Virus record (IMG/VR): IMGVR_UViG_2563366990_000010
Location: 1-20,094 of that record
Direction: 5' to 3' (one strand)
DNA from: a virus
Lineage: Duplodnaviria; Heunggongvirae; Uroviricota; Caudoviricetes
DNA length: 20,094 nucleotides
How positions within the stretch are numbered: the stretch's first letter is position 1; each line of letters begins with the position of its first letter. The translations under genes were made by a program, and so were the position numbers. Of this stretch, positions 7,655 to 15,708 are shown piece by piece. The notes under the pieces were generated by a model that saw nothing but the letters and a program-made list of their open reading frames with translations, searched no databases and was not told where the DNA came from.

Positions 7655-8362
7655 TTACCAGCTATGTGATGACCAGAACACTCGCCCTATGATTCTTACG
7701 TTTTTGTAGAATTCTTCTCTGTTCATTACTTCATCAGGATACTCTTCGCGGTTTATCGATCTGATAATTACCGATGTTGGCGTGGCTATGAGCGTTTTTA
7801 CCCTTAACAAATCAGCTTGGCAAATTGCATATGTTTTACCATCCCTGATGCTCGTATCTTGCGTGTTTACCCCCACCACATCACCATCATGGAGTGTTGG
7901 CTCCATGCTTTGCCCAACAACCCTGACCAACTTTGCCGCTTTTTCTGGAACTCCCATTTTTTTCAGGTAATAGCGCCTAAAAACTAGAGAGAATTCTGCG
8001 GACTCCTCCAATGCACAACTTCCTCCGCCAGCTGAAAGTGAAATATTTAGAAGGGGGAGCGCAACAAATTCGTCATTATCATTTTGATGATCATCCCAGG
8101 CGATAGCTTTTAAAGATGATTCCCGAGCATTAGATGGCTCTTCTGCGCTCTGTGGTCTCATTGACCCTATACCAGAGCTTAGCCATTCAGGGCGAACTCT
8201 TAACGCGTTGGCTAATTCGACCATTTTACGTGATCCGGTTGTTTTACCAGATGACATCTTTTGTATGGCTGGTTGTGATACCCCCACCATGTCTGCAAGT
8301 TGTGCTTGTGACAACCCGGCTGAACTCATGGCGGCATTTAGTCTTTCTGCGAATGTTTTCAT
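7655..8362 (-). CDS. cI: CI-like prophage repressor (N-terminal HTH plus C-terminal S24 LexA-like peptidase domain), 235 aa
   Basis: N-terminal HTH (LSQAQLADMVGVSQPAIQKM). C-terminal autoproteolysis domain with a G-Q-S-M-E-P serine motif and a downstream lysine; a candidate Ala-Gly cleavage site (LSAGGG). Divergent from the cro-like gene across the operator region. Confidence 0.9.
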   Translation of the reverse strand: MKTFAERLNAAMSSAGLSQAQLADMVGVSQPAIQKMSSGKTTGSRKMVELANALRVRPEWLSSGIGSMRPQSAEEPSNARESSLKAIAWDDHQNDNDEFVALPLLNISLSAGGGSCALEESAEFSLVFRRYYLKKMGVPEKAAKLVRVVGQSMEPTLHDGDVVGVNTQDTSIRDGKTYAICQADLLRVKTLIATPTSVIIRSINREEYPDEVMNREEFYKNVRIIGRVFWSSHSW

Positions 8363-8373
8363 ACCTGTAATCT

Positions 8374-8436
8374 ATAACCACGGTTATCAAAAGTAAAACA
8401 ACAATTGTTATTGCTCTGGTGTATAACTCATGTTAT
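8374..8436. promoter_or_regulatory. OR tripartite operator between cI and cro
   Basis: Three 14-bp sites of form ATAAC-N4-GTTAT: ATAACCACGGTTAT (8374-8387), ACAACAATTGTTAT (8398-8411) and ATAACTCATGTTAT (8423-8436), with 24-25 bp centre-to-centre spacing, lying between the divergent cI and cro starts. Confidence 0.6.
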
Positions 8437-8472
8437 TTTTGGTTATGCTTTATTTGCTGTAGAGGTATGCTC

Positions 8473-8697
8473 ATGAATTTAGTGATTCAGCGAGCCTTGA
8501 ATATTGTTGGCAGTCAAAAACGACTTGCAGCTGATTGCGGCGTATCACAGCCCGCTGTTCATAAATGGTTGCGAGGCGGAAAAGTTTCTCCTGAAAAAGT
8601 TTTCGCTATCGTTAATGCCACCAATGGTCAGGTTAAGGCTTACGAAATTCGCCCGGACTTACCGCACCTGTTTCCTCATCCGAACCAGGCTGAATAA
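8473..8697 (+). CDS. cro: Cro-like HTH regulator, about 74 aa
   Basis: Small HTH protein (LAADCGVSQPAVHKWLRG) divergent from cI. I place the start at the ATG at 8473, with AGAGG 7 nt upstream; the ORF track starts at 8419. Confidence 0.75.
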   Translation: MNLVIQRALNIVGSQKRLAADCGVSQPAVHKWLRGGKVSPEKVFAIVNATNGQVKAYEIRPDLPHLFPHPNQAE

Positions 8698-8704
8698 GTA
8701 ACAC

Positions 8705-8745
8705 CGCTCTTTAACATTGCTGGTCGTTCACCTCTAACAGGGTGA
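8705..8745 (+). promoter_or_regulatory. nutR: boxA plus boxB hairpin
   Basis: CGCTCTTTAACA (8705-8716) followed by the hairpin TCACCT-CTAACA-GGGTGA (8728-8745). The loop resembles the nutL boxB loop CTAACC while the stem sequence differs but still pairs. Confidence 0.65.
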
Positions 8746-8813
8746 GCAAACATCAGTGGCAAACCCATTGGGGATTGCCGCTTAACCCCATATCAATATA
8801 GGAAAATTAACAA

Positions 8814-9110
8814 ATGTCACAAACAAGTTACAGCAAACTGTCACAGCGCGATATCGATCGCGCTGAAACGGATTTACTTATCAACCTGTCAGCTCTGACG
8901 CAAAGGGGACTGGCGAAGATGATTGGCTGTCATGAATCGAAGGTCAGTCGTACCGACTGGCGATACATCGCGGCTATTTTATGCGCGTTTCAGATGGCAT
9001 CTGATATCAGTCCGATCAGCCGGGCTTTCCAGCATGCCATTAACGTTCATGCAAATAAAAAACGTCCGGTTGGGGCCGGACGTTCTGAGCAAATCCTGAT
9101 GAATATCTGA
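8814..9110 (+). CDS. cII: CII-like transcriptional activator, 98 aa
   Basis: The C-terminus (KKRPVGAGRSEQILMNI) resembles lambda CII as I recall it; central HTH; positioned between cro and the replication genes. Confidence 0.8.
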   Translation: MSQTSYSKLSQRDIDRAETDLLINLSALTQRGLAKMIGCHESKVSRTDWRYIAAILCAFQMASDISPISRAFQHAINVHANKKRPVGAGRSEQILMNI

Positions 9111-9273
9111 TATTCAGGCAGGGCATGGAGCAATACACGGGAATAATTCTGCCACATCTGGAAGAATTTCGCCAGCAACAACACCAACCGCAGCAGCCTG
9201 AAGCCGATTGGGTTAACCCGGAAATTACGGGGACCGTCTGCGGTATGGAGTAAATCTTGTATGCGAGGGGACT

Positions 9274-10350
9274 ATGCGTAATTACGCAACAATTTCACCT
9301 CAGTTCTGGTTAGGCGATACAGGGCGAAAACTCAGGAAGTCTGGTCCGGAATGTATGGTAGTGGCGTTGTATATGATGACCTCGCCTCATTCCAATATGC
9401 TGGGCCTTTATTACCTGCCTGTTTTGTACATTGCTCACGAAACCGGACTTGATCCTGAAGGGGCTTCTAAGGGGCTTCAAATGGCTTGCGAGGCTGGTTT
9501 TTGCAGCTATGACCATGATTCTGAGGTTGTATGGGTGCATGAAATGGCAGCATGGCAGGTTGGTGAATCGCTGAAACCTGGCGATAACCGTTGTGCTGGG
9601 GTAAGAAATGAATATTCCGCGTTGCTGGAAAATCCTTTTTTATCATCCTTTTATGATAGATATAAGGATGATTTCCACCTGGATGTCAGACGTGAATCAT
9701 GTCGGAAAATTGAAGCCCCTTCAGAGCCCCTTTCAAGCCAAGAACAGGAACAGGAACAGGAAAGAGATAAAACCCTTCTGGTCCATGGCGAAAAAATCGC
9801 CACGGACCCACTGGTGGATTCTTGTCCCGTTCTGACTGAACGTCCAGGACCAGCTGGCATGACACCGGAAGCAGATTCCGGGCGTTGTGTGCAGCAGGTG
9901 CTGCTCGTCGAACCGGAGCAACAACACCAACCGCAGCAGCCTGAAGCCGATTCCGCGATGAGCGGGAAGCCGATTGGGTTAACCCGGGCGATGCCGGGAC
10001 CGTCTGCGGGACGAGTTGATTATCCTGACGTGTTCGAACGGGTCTGGCGTGAATATCCGCATCGGGCAGGGTCAAACCCGAAGAAATCCGCGTTCAATGC
10101 CTGGAGGGCCAGATTACGCGAAGGGGTGTCACCGGATGTCGTGCTGGATGGCGTGAGGCGTTACGCAAGATACCTGGAGGCTACCGGGAAAGCGGGAACT
10201 GAATTTGTTCAGCAGGCATCGACGTTTTTTGGCCCGAACAGGAATTTCGAAAATCCGTGGTCGCTGCCGAAGGCTGGCGCAGTCAGCCAGCGTTGCGTGA
10301 ACCACATTTCTGAACCGGACACCGAAATTCCGCCGGGGTTCAGGGGGTAA
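9274..10350 (+). CDS. Replication initiation protein (O-like position), 358 aa
   Basis: Sits in the O slot immediately upstream of the DnaC-like loader. Contains a (CAGGAA)x3 tandem repeat, an AT-rich 9-bp inverted repeat, and a segment that is duplicated upstream of the gene. Confidence 0.6.
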   Translation: MRNYATISPQFWLGDTGRKLRKSGPECMVVALYMMTSPHSNMLGLYYLPVLYIAHETGLDPEGASKGLQMACEAGFCSYDHDSEVVWVHEMAAWQVGESLKPGDNRCAGVRNEYSALLENPFLSSFYDRYKDDFHLDVRRESCRKIEAPSEPLSSQEQEQEQERDKTLLVHGEKIATDPLVDSCPVLTERPGPAGMTPEADSGRCVQQVLLVEPEQQHQPQQPEADSAMSGKPIGLTRAMPGPSAGRVDYPDVFERVWREYPHRAGSNPKKSAFNAWRARLREGVSPDVVLDGVRRYARYLEATGKAGTEFVQQASTFFGPNRNFENPWSLPKAGAVSQRCVNHISEPDTEIPPGFRG

Positions 10351-10356
10351 TCAGCC

Positions 10357-11097
10357 ATGAAAAACATTTCGACAGGAGGGATTCTTGAACGGGTGCGCCG
10401 TCTGGCACCACCGCACGTGGCAGCACCGTTCCGGACGACCGACGAATGGCGGGAATGGCAACTGGCTGAGGGCCGTAAGCGCAGCGAGGAAATTAACCGC
10501 CAGAATCATCAGGCGCGGGTTGAAAAAATCCTGAACCGTGCGGGCATCCAGCCGCTTCACAGGAAGTGCTCATTCGAGAACTACCGGGTGCAGAACGACG
10601 GTCAGCGCCATGCTCTGAGCCAGGCGAAATCCATTGCCGATGAATTGATGACCGGGTGTACAAACTTCGTGTTCAGCGGTAAACCTGGTACCGGTAAAAA
10701 TCACCTGGCAGCAGCGATTGGCAACCGGCTGATGGCGAAGGGGAGAAGCGTGATTATCGTCACCGTGTCCGATGTCATGAGCGTGTTGCATGACGGCTAT
10801 GACAACGGCAAGTCCGGTGAGAAATTTTTACAGGAACTTTGCGGGGTCGACCTTCTGGTCCTGGATGAAATTGGCATGCAGCGGGATACGCGCAACGAGC
10901 AGGTCATACTGAACCAGATCGTCGACCGCAGAACGGCATCACTGCGCACTGTCGGAATCCTGACGAACCTGAATCACGCAGCGATGAGCACACTCCTCGG
11001 CGAGCGGGTGATGGACCGTATGACCATGAACGGTGGTCGTTGGGTGAGTTTTAACTGGGAGAGCTGGCGATCAAACGTTGGGCGTCAGGGTATGTGA
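10357..11097 (+). CDS. DnaC/IstB-like AAA+ helicase loader (lambda P functional analogue), 246 aa
   Basis: Walker A motif GKPGTGKNHLA and Walker B motif LLVLDEIG; begins 7 nt after the O-like stop. Confidence 0.85.
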   Translation: MKNISTGGILERVRRLAPPHVAAPFRTTDEWREWQLAEGRKRSEEINRQNHQARVEKILNRAGIQPLHRKCSFENYRVQNDGQRHALSQAKSIADELMTGCTNFVFSGKPGTGKNHLAAAIGNRLMAKGRSVIIVTVSDVMSVLHDGYDNGKSGEKFLQELCGVDLLVLDEIGMQRDTRNEQVILNQIVDRRTASLRTVGILTNLNHAAMSTLLGERVMDRMTMNGGRWVSFNWESWRSNVGRQGM

Positions 11098-11122
11098 GAA
11101 TTTTTGACGAGGTAAATTTTCG

Positions 11123-11893
11123 ATGGAAACCGTACTGCATGCACTGAAAGCGATGGGAAAAGCCAATTCTGTTGAACTGGCGGCGCGGCTTGATATCAGC
11201 CGTGAAGAAGTTCTCAACGAACTGTGGGAACTCAAAAAAAATGGCGTTGTTGATAAAACGGGTCACACCTGGTTTCTGGCTGTCGAAGGTGAATCCGGGG
11301 TAACCGAAGGGCAGGCACTACAACCTGAAGCGCCGGATGTGGTAACCGAAGAGGTCGCTCCAAAAGTTAGCGCTGACATGATGATTGAGTTTATCTCTCA
11401 GGAGGGGGCTAAAACATGTGAGGAACTGGCGGGTAAGTTCGGTGTCAGCACTCGCAAGGTTGCTTCCACGCTGGCGGTGGTAACCGCAACGGGACGCCTG
11501 GCACGCGTAAATCAGAACGGTAAATTTCGCTACTGCATGCCTGGAGATAATTTACCAGCAGAGCCGAAAGCTGCATCGGTAGCAGAAACCGATGGTAAAG
11601 CCTTTCCTCAGCCAGCAGGTGTTGCGTTACCGGTACAGGAAGCTGCAACACAGGAAGATATTAAAACAGAAACTGTGGCGGACATTGTGCAGTCGTTGCC
11701 ATCGTTTACTGAAACGCGAGCGGATGACCTGGTTTTACCATCGCTGCATATGGCAAACCGCGAACTGCGTCGGGCGAAAAATCATGTCCAGAAGTGGGAG
11801 CGTGTCTGCGCCGCGCTGCGGGAGCTGAACAAGCACCGGGATATTGTTCGACAGATTGCTGATTCTTCCCGCCGTGTTGCATCGGAAAAGTGA
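11123..11893 (+). CDS. Hypothetical protein with a predicted N-terminal winged-helix domain, 256 aa
   Basis: ORF with a ribosome-binding site; N-terminal helix-rich region, central acidic/Pro-rich linker, basic C-terminus. No family recognised. Confidence 0.55.
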   Translation: METVLHALKAMGKANSVELAARLDISREEVLNELWELKKNGVVDKTGHTWFLAVEGESGVTEGQALQPEAPDVVTEEVAPKVSADMMIEFISQEGAKTCEELAGKFGVSTRKVASTLAVVTATGRLARVNQNGKFRYCMPGDNLPAEPKAASVAETDGKAFPQPAGVALPVQEAATQEDIKTETVADIVQSLPSFTETRADDLVLPSLHMANRELRRAKNHVQKWERVCAALRELNKHRDIVRQIADSSRRVASEK

Positions 11894-11908
11894 TTGCCGG
11901 AGGCGCTT

Positions 11909-12325
11909 ATGGCAAAAGTATTTACACAAGAAGAGCGGGAAAAAATTAAGGTACAGGTTGTTGAACTTGTGCGTCTGAGCGGGCGCGAGACGTTACGGCA
12001 ACTGGAAGCGAAAACAGGTGCGACAAGATATCTGATGAGTGTTCTTGCCAGAGAGCTGGTTGCCAGTGGCGATTTATACAACTCCGGCTACGGGCTATTT
12101 CCGTCTGAACAGGCACGTAAGGACTGGATAAAGGCCCGCAAAAAGATGTCGAAAGCAGCAGTGAAAAAAAAGAGCGACCCGGACCTGGTTTATTCATTAC
12201 CAGACGGAGAAATACGTCGTTACGACAGGCGTCTGAACATAATCTGTCGCGAGTGCCGGAAGAGTGAGGTTATGCAGCGCGTGTTGGCGTTTTATCAGGG
12301 GAAATTTCAGGAGGTGATGCTGTGA
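11909..12325 (+). CDS. Hypothetical protein, about 138 aa
   Basis: I place the start at the ATG at 11909, with GGAGG 6 nt upstream; the ORF track starts at 11894. The stop overlaps the methyltransferase start. Confidence 0.5.
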   Translation: MAKVFTQEEREKIKVQVVELVRLSGRETLRQLEAKTGATRYLMSVLARELVASGDLYNSGYGLFPSEQARKDWIKARKKMSKAAVKKKSDPDLVYSLPDGEIRRYDRRLNIICRECRKSEVMQRVLAFYQGKFQEVML

Positions 12326-12810
12326 GTACACCTGCAACCATTCTTGATATGTGCTGTGGCAGCCGTATGTTCTGGTTCGATAAGAATGACGACCGGGCGA
12401 TATTTAGCGATATCAGAAAGGAAGAGCATACATTGTGCGATGGGCGACGCCTAATTATTAGCCCTGACCTGATAGCAGATTTTCGTGCATTACCATTTGC
12501 AGACGCATCGTTTCCGGTTGTTGTATTCGACCCTCCGCATCTTGAGCGTGTTGGTGATAACGCCTGGATGGGAAAGAAATATGGACGGCTGAATAAAGAT
12601 ACCTGGCGTGATGATTTGCGGCAGGGATTTAAAGAAGCCTTTCGTGTGTTGTGGCCACACGGTGTTCTGATTTTTAAATGGAATGAAACGCAAATACCTG
12701 TCCGCCAGATATTGGCACTAACCGACGCGAAACCAATCATCAGCCAGCGCACCGGTAAGAACGATAAAACACATTGGATTATTTTTGTGAAGGAAGCGAC
12801 CAGTGGGTAA
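12322..12810 (+). CDS. Orphan SAM-dependent DNA methyltransferase (amino-methyltransferase type, likely N6-adenine), 162 aa
   Basis: Motif I-like LDMCCGSRMF and motif IV DPPH (VVVFDPPHLE). Small size and no adjacent restriction endonuclease gene. Confidence 0.7.
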   Translation: MSTPATILDMCCGSRMFWFDKNDDRAIFSDIRKEEHTLCDGRRLIISPDLIADFRALPFADASFPVVVFDPPHLERVGDNAWMGKKYGRLNKDTWRDDLRQGFKEAFRVLWPHGVLIFKWNETQIPVRQILALTDAKPIISQRTGKNDKTHWIIFVKEATSG

Positions 12811-13057
12811 ATCAAAATGCCAGGTTTATGGCAACAAGATAGAACCGTGTACGGCACTGGCAAACTCCCTTGAGCATGATGCTGAATACACGACGCGAAA
12901 AGGTCTGCTGATATACAAAATCTGGAATGAGAATTTAACTCGCGACCCTGATTTAGTGATGTTGCGTTCCGGTGAATTTTCTAAATCACCAGTTCGGGTT
13001 TCATTTTGCCCGTTCTGCGGTGAAAGTCTGAAAACATGGGAGAACAGAAATGAATGA
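12803..13057 (+). CDS. Hypothetical small protein with a CxxC motif, 84 aa
   Basis: GTG start overlapping the methyltransferase stop, with AAGGAAG upstream; contains CPFCG. Confidence 0.45.
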   Translation: MGKSKCQVYGNKIEPCTALANSLEHDAEYTTRKGLLIYKIWNENLTRDPDLVMLRSGEFSKSPVRVSFCPFCGESLKTWENRNE

Positions 13058-13361
13058 AATTAGAGAAATACCAGTAGAACGTGATGAATATGGCTGCTGG
13101 ACACATCCAGAATATGAAAAGTTCTGTGACGGTCGGGAATATATTTCAACGGAAGAGTTTAGCGCCTGGATGAAGGCAAATAATCTTCAGTGGACTATTT
13201 GCAGCATGGATGAAGATTATTTAAATCCGGTTGCAGATGACCCCGATATTTCCACCTGGGAACCGGAACGACCAGAGGGCGAAGGCTGGTTTATTGGCTC
13301 CATTCATGATACTGAAGATGGTCCGGTTTGTGTCTGGTTGCGAAACAAGGTGATGGCATAG
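13050..13361 (+). CDS. Hypothetical acidic protein, 103 aa
   Basis: ATG overlaps the upstream stop (ATGA); GGGAGA ribosome-binding site. Confidence 0.5.
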   Translation: MNEIREIPVERDEYGCWTHPEYEKFCDGREYISTEEFSAWMKANNLQWTICSMDEDYLNPVADDPDISTWEPERPEGEGWFIGSIHDTEDGPVCVWLRNKVMA

Positions 13362-13664
13362 ATGAGAATAGAAAAAGCGAAAGCACAGCTCAGGATAATG
13401 CTTGCTGGTCCGGCTGCGAGTTATACGGCACATTCACCAGCCATAAAGAAGGTTCTTGATGAACTGGAAGCCAAAGACAAGCGCATTGCAGAACTGGAAG
13501 CAAGGGAAGTCCAGCTACCGGCTGGCTATGAACTTCGATATGGACACCCGATAAATGCTGATGAGCGTCATGTCATGATACCTAAAGAAAATGGTAGCTG
13601 GCTTTATCTTGCTGATTTAGAACATGCACTACGTGTTGCAGGGATTCGTATTAAAGGAGACTAA
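13362..13664 (+). CDS. Hypothetical protein, 100 aa
   Basis: ATG immediately follows the upstream stop; predicted coiled-coil N-terminus. Confidence 0.5.
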   Translation: MRIEKAKAQLRIMLAGPAASYTAHSPAIKKVLDELEAKDKRIAELEAREVQLPAGYELRYGHPINADERHVMIPKENGSWLYLADLEHALRVAGIRIKGD

Positions 13665-13666
13665 CG

Positions 13667-14022
13667 TGGAAATAAAACCAGAAGATGAGTTAAGTAATAT
13701 TGTTTTATTTCCGGTAAAAGAGGATGACCCACGTAATCAGGTTAATTTTCTTTATGAGCCATCGGAAAGACCATATTGTCATCACGACTCTGTCCGGGTT
13801 GACGAAAAAGAGCGTCAGGTCCGCTGTAAAATCTGCGGTGCAGTTGTGGAGCCGTTTGACTGGATGCTCTCTGTGGCGAAAAGAGAAACCAGACTGGCAG
13901 ATGATGTAAGGCTATTGCGTCAGGAGGAACGGGAAAGGCGGAAAAATATAGAAAAGCTAATTCAGATTGAGCGTAACGCAAAAGCGCGGATGCGCAGAGC
14001 GACAAAATCCAGAACTGAATAA
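13667..14022 (+). CDS. Hypothetical protein with a zinc-ribbon-like motif, about 118 aa
   Basis: I place the start at the GTG at 13667, with AAGGAG 6 nt upstream; the ORF track starts at 13624. Contains CHH...C-x2-C and a basic C-terminus. Confidence 0.45.
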
Positions 14023-14117
14023 TTAAATTTAGCACTGTTAAAAATTTAATCCTTAACCGGAGGGATTTCTGTACCCTCAGAACATCAGGAGTCCGCCTGA
14101 AAGGGCAGTAATGAAAA

Positions 14118-14441
14118 ATGACTGAATTAACAAAAGAGCAATTAATCGAAGAAGCTAAATTAAAAATAGCGATTGCGAAATGCCACCCTAATTCAGAGAT
14201 GGCACGGGTAGAGGGTGAGTTATTCAAAATTGCACTGGCATCGCTGGTAGCAGAGCCAGCTGGTAAATTGCATGAATACAAACCAGTGGGATATCAGCGT
14301 CTGGTCGACGAGTTAACCATGCTGGTAAAGCAGTTAGCCTGGCAACTGAGGAAAGCGAAACCGGGCTGCAAATTACCGGATAAAGCGATGGACTATCTGG
14401 AGCGAAACGGACTTATAAGCGTGGAGGATGTTTTACGATGA
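14118..14441 (+). CDS. Hypothetical protein, 107 aa
   Basis: ORF with a helical-looking translation; its stop overlaps the start of a small hydrophobic ORF. Confidence 0.5.
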   Translation: MTELTKEQLIEEAKLKIAIAKCHPNSEMARVEGELFKIALASLVAEPAGKLHEYKPVGYQRLVDELTMLVKQLAWQLRKAKPGCKLPDKAMDYLERNGLISVEDVLR

Positions 14442-14520
14442 CCTGGCCTGAGGCGTTCACAACGGCAGGAATTGCACTGGCGGTGGCGCTGGTGGAGTAT
14501 TCGATTTGCCGCTGGGGTTG
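14437..14520 (+). CDS. Candidate small membrane peptide, 27 aa (not in the supplied ORF track)
   Basis: ATG at 14437 overlaps the upstream stop (ATGA). Translation MTWPEAFTTAGIALAVALVEYSICRWG has a single hydrophobic helix; the stop codon lies inside the -35 of the downstream promoter. Confidence 0.3.
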
Positions 14521-14546
14521 ACGTAATTACTTATCCGGGATTATAT
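14517..14546 (+). promoter_or_regulatory. Candidate sigma-70 promoter for the first antirepressor gene
   Basis: TTGACG (14517-14522), 18-bp spacer, TATATT (14541-14546). Same architecture as the promoter at 15463-15492. Confidence 0.5.
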
Positions 14547-14602
14547 TCTTCGCACGGTCGAGTTGGCCGTCGGGATTGGAACCCCGGATAGAGACCGCGA
14601 CA

Positions 14603-14628
14603 AACACACGCCGCGAGCGTGTTTTTTA
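14603..14628 (+). terminator. Leader terminator / attenuator-like hairpin about 55 nt downstream of the promoter
   Basis: Stem ACACGC / GCGTGT with loop CGCGA (14605-14621) followed by TTTTTTATT, located about 160 nt upstream of the antirepressor ATG. Confidence 0.5.
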
Positions 14629-14788
14629 TTGTCGTATGCACGCGCACATCTGAATTATGGTGGGGCGCATGGGGGAGCTGAAAAGCTCGCCGGTCGGTTT
14701 CCCGGTAGTTCCAACCCTGTGCGTCTCACCACCCGATGATTGGAACCTTACGGTGGTGATAGTTTAGAAACCACTAGAGGGCGTCATT

Positions 14789-15454
14789 ATGACAACTCAA
14801 ATCTCTGTTGAAACCATCTCCCCGATTACCCATAACCAGATTCTTGTTATTACCACCGAGCTTTTGGCACAACTTTATGGCACCGAAACTAATAACATCA
14901 AAGTGAACTATACGCGCAATGCCGAGCGTTTTGTTTGCGGGAAGCACTACTTCAAATTGGAAGGGGCTGAATTGCGGGAATTTAAGAACAAGGTTACTCA
15001 AAGTAACTTAGTTGCACCGCGTACAAAGCACCTCATCCTCTGGACAGAACGCGGCGCAGCCCGTCATGCAAAAATGCTCGAAACCGATCGAGCGTGGGAA
15101 GTATTCGAAAAACTGGAAGACTGCTATTTCAGCCTGGGAAAAACAATACAAACCGAACAGCAGTCGCAGATTCAGCCACAATTCACAGCCGAGGAAATCA
15201 TCCTCCTTTGCTACATGCAGCTCTGGATGGAAAAAGCCCAGAACATCAGCAAACACCTGTATCCCATTATGAAAGAGCTGAACTCCTCATACACGAACAA
15301 GCTGTATGACATTGCGTTTGAAACCATCTACATGGTGACGAAGAACAGAGACGCGCTACTGCGGGAGGCGGCACGGCTTGACCAGTCAAGTTTCGTTATC
15401 CAGCGGGCCAGACCAATGCTGAAAAGCCTGCGGGCAAGACAATTCGAGTTTTAA
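14789..15454 (+). CDS. Phage antirepressor-like protein, ORF6N-type N-terminal domain with a shared C-terminal domain, 221 aa
   Basis: The N-terminal region resembles ORF6N/KilA-N-type antirepressor domains; AGAGGG ribosome-binding site. The C-terminal 95 aa are about 65 percent identical to the C-terminus of the next gene. Confidence 0.7.
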   Translation: MTTQISVETISPITHNQILVITTELLAQLYGTETNNIKVNYTRNAERFVCGKHYFKLEGAELREFKNKVTQSNLVAPRTKHLILWTERGAARHAKMLETDRAWEVFEKLEDCYFSLGKTIQTEQQSQIQPQFTAEEIILLCYMQLWMEKAQNISKHLYPIMKELNSSYTNKLYDIAFETIYMVTKNRDALLREAARLDQSSFVIQRARPMLKSLRARQFEF

Positions 15455-15462
15455 GGCCAGAT

Positions 15463-15492
15463 TTGACAAATCCGCATTAGCGGGGATATATT
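15463..15492 (+). promoter_or_regulatory. Candidate strong sigma-70 promoter for the second antirepressor gene
   Basis: Consensus TTGACA (15463-15468), 18-bp spacer, TATATT (15487-15492). Confidence 0.55.
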
Positions 15493-15708
15493 CCGCTCCA
15501 TGGTGCTGAACACACCTTCGAAAGCGGAAACCGCGCCCGTCAGTCATGCGGATTTTTTATGTCCATTTTTCAGATATGGTCGGGTAGCGCGTATACCGAA
15601 AAACAGCCGCAAGGCTAAGGATGCGGGCCGAACTTTCGACGGTGTTCAAGTACCCGACCGCCCTGCTGAACACGGGGTGATCTGAACGAATCGAAAGGAC
15701 ATAAAACT

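Noticed and set aside
9736-9756. Tandem hexamer CAGGAA x3 as a standalone repeat element
   Set aside because: It is an in-frame QEQEQE low-complexity tract within the O-like gene; it is kept only as part of the candidate origin context.
9310-10075. ORFs on both strands inside the O-like gene
   Set aside because: They are embedded in a longer, better-supported ORF and have repetitive Arg/Ser/Pro-rich translations that reflect the GC-rich codon phase.
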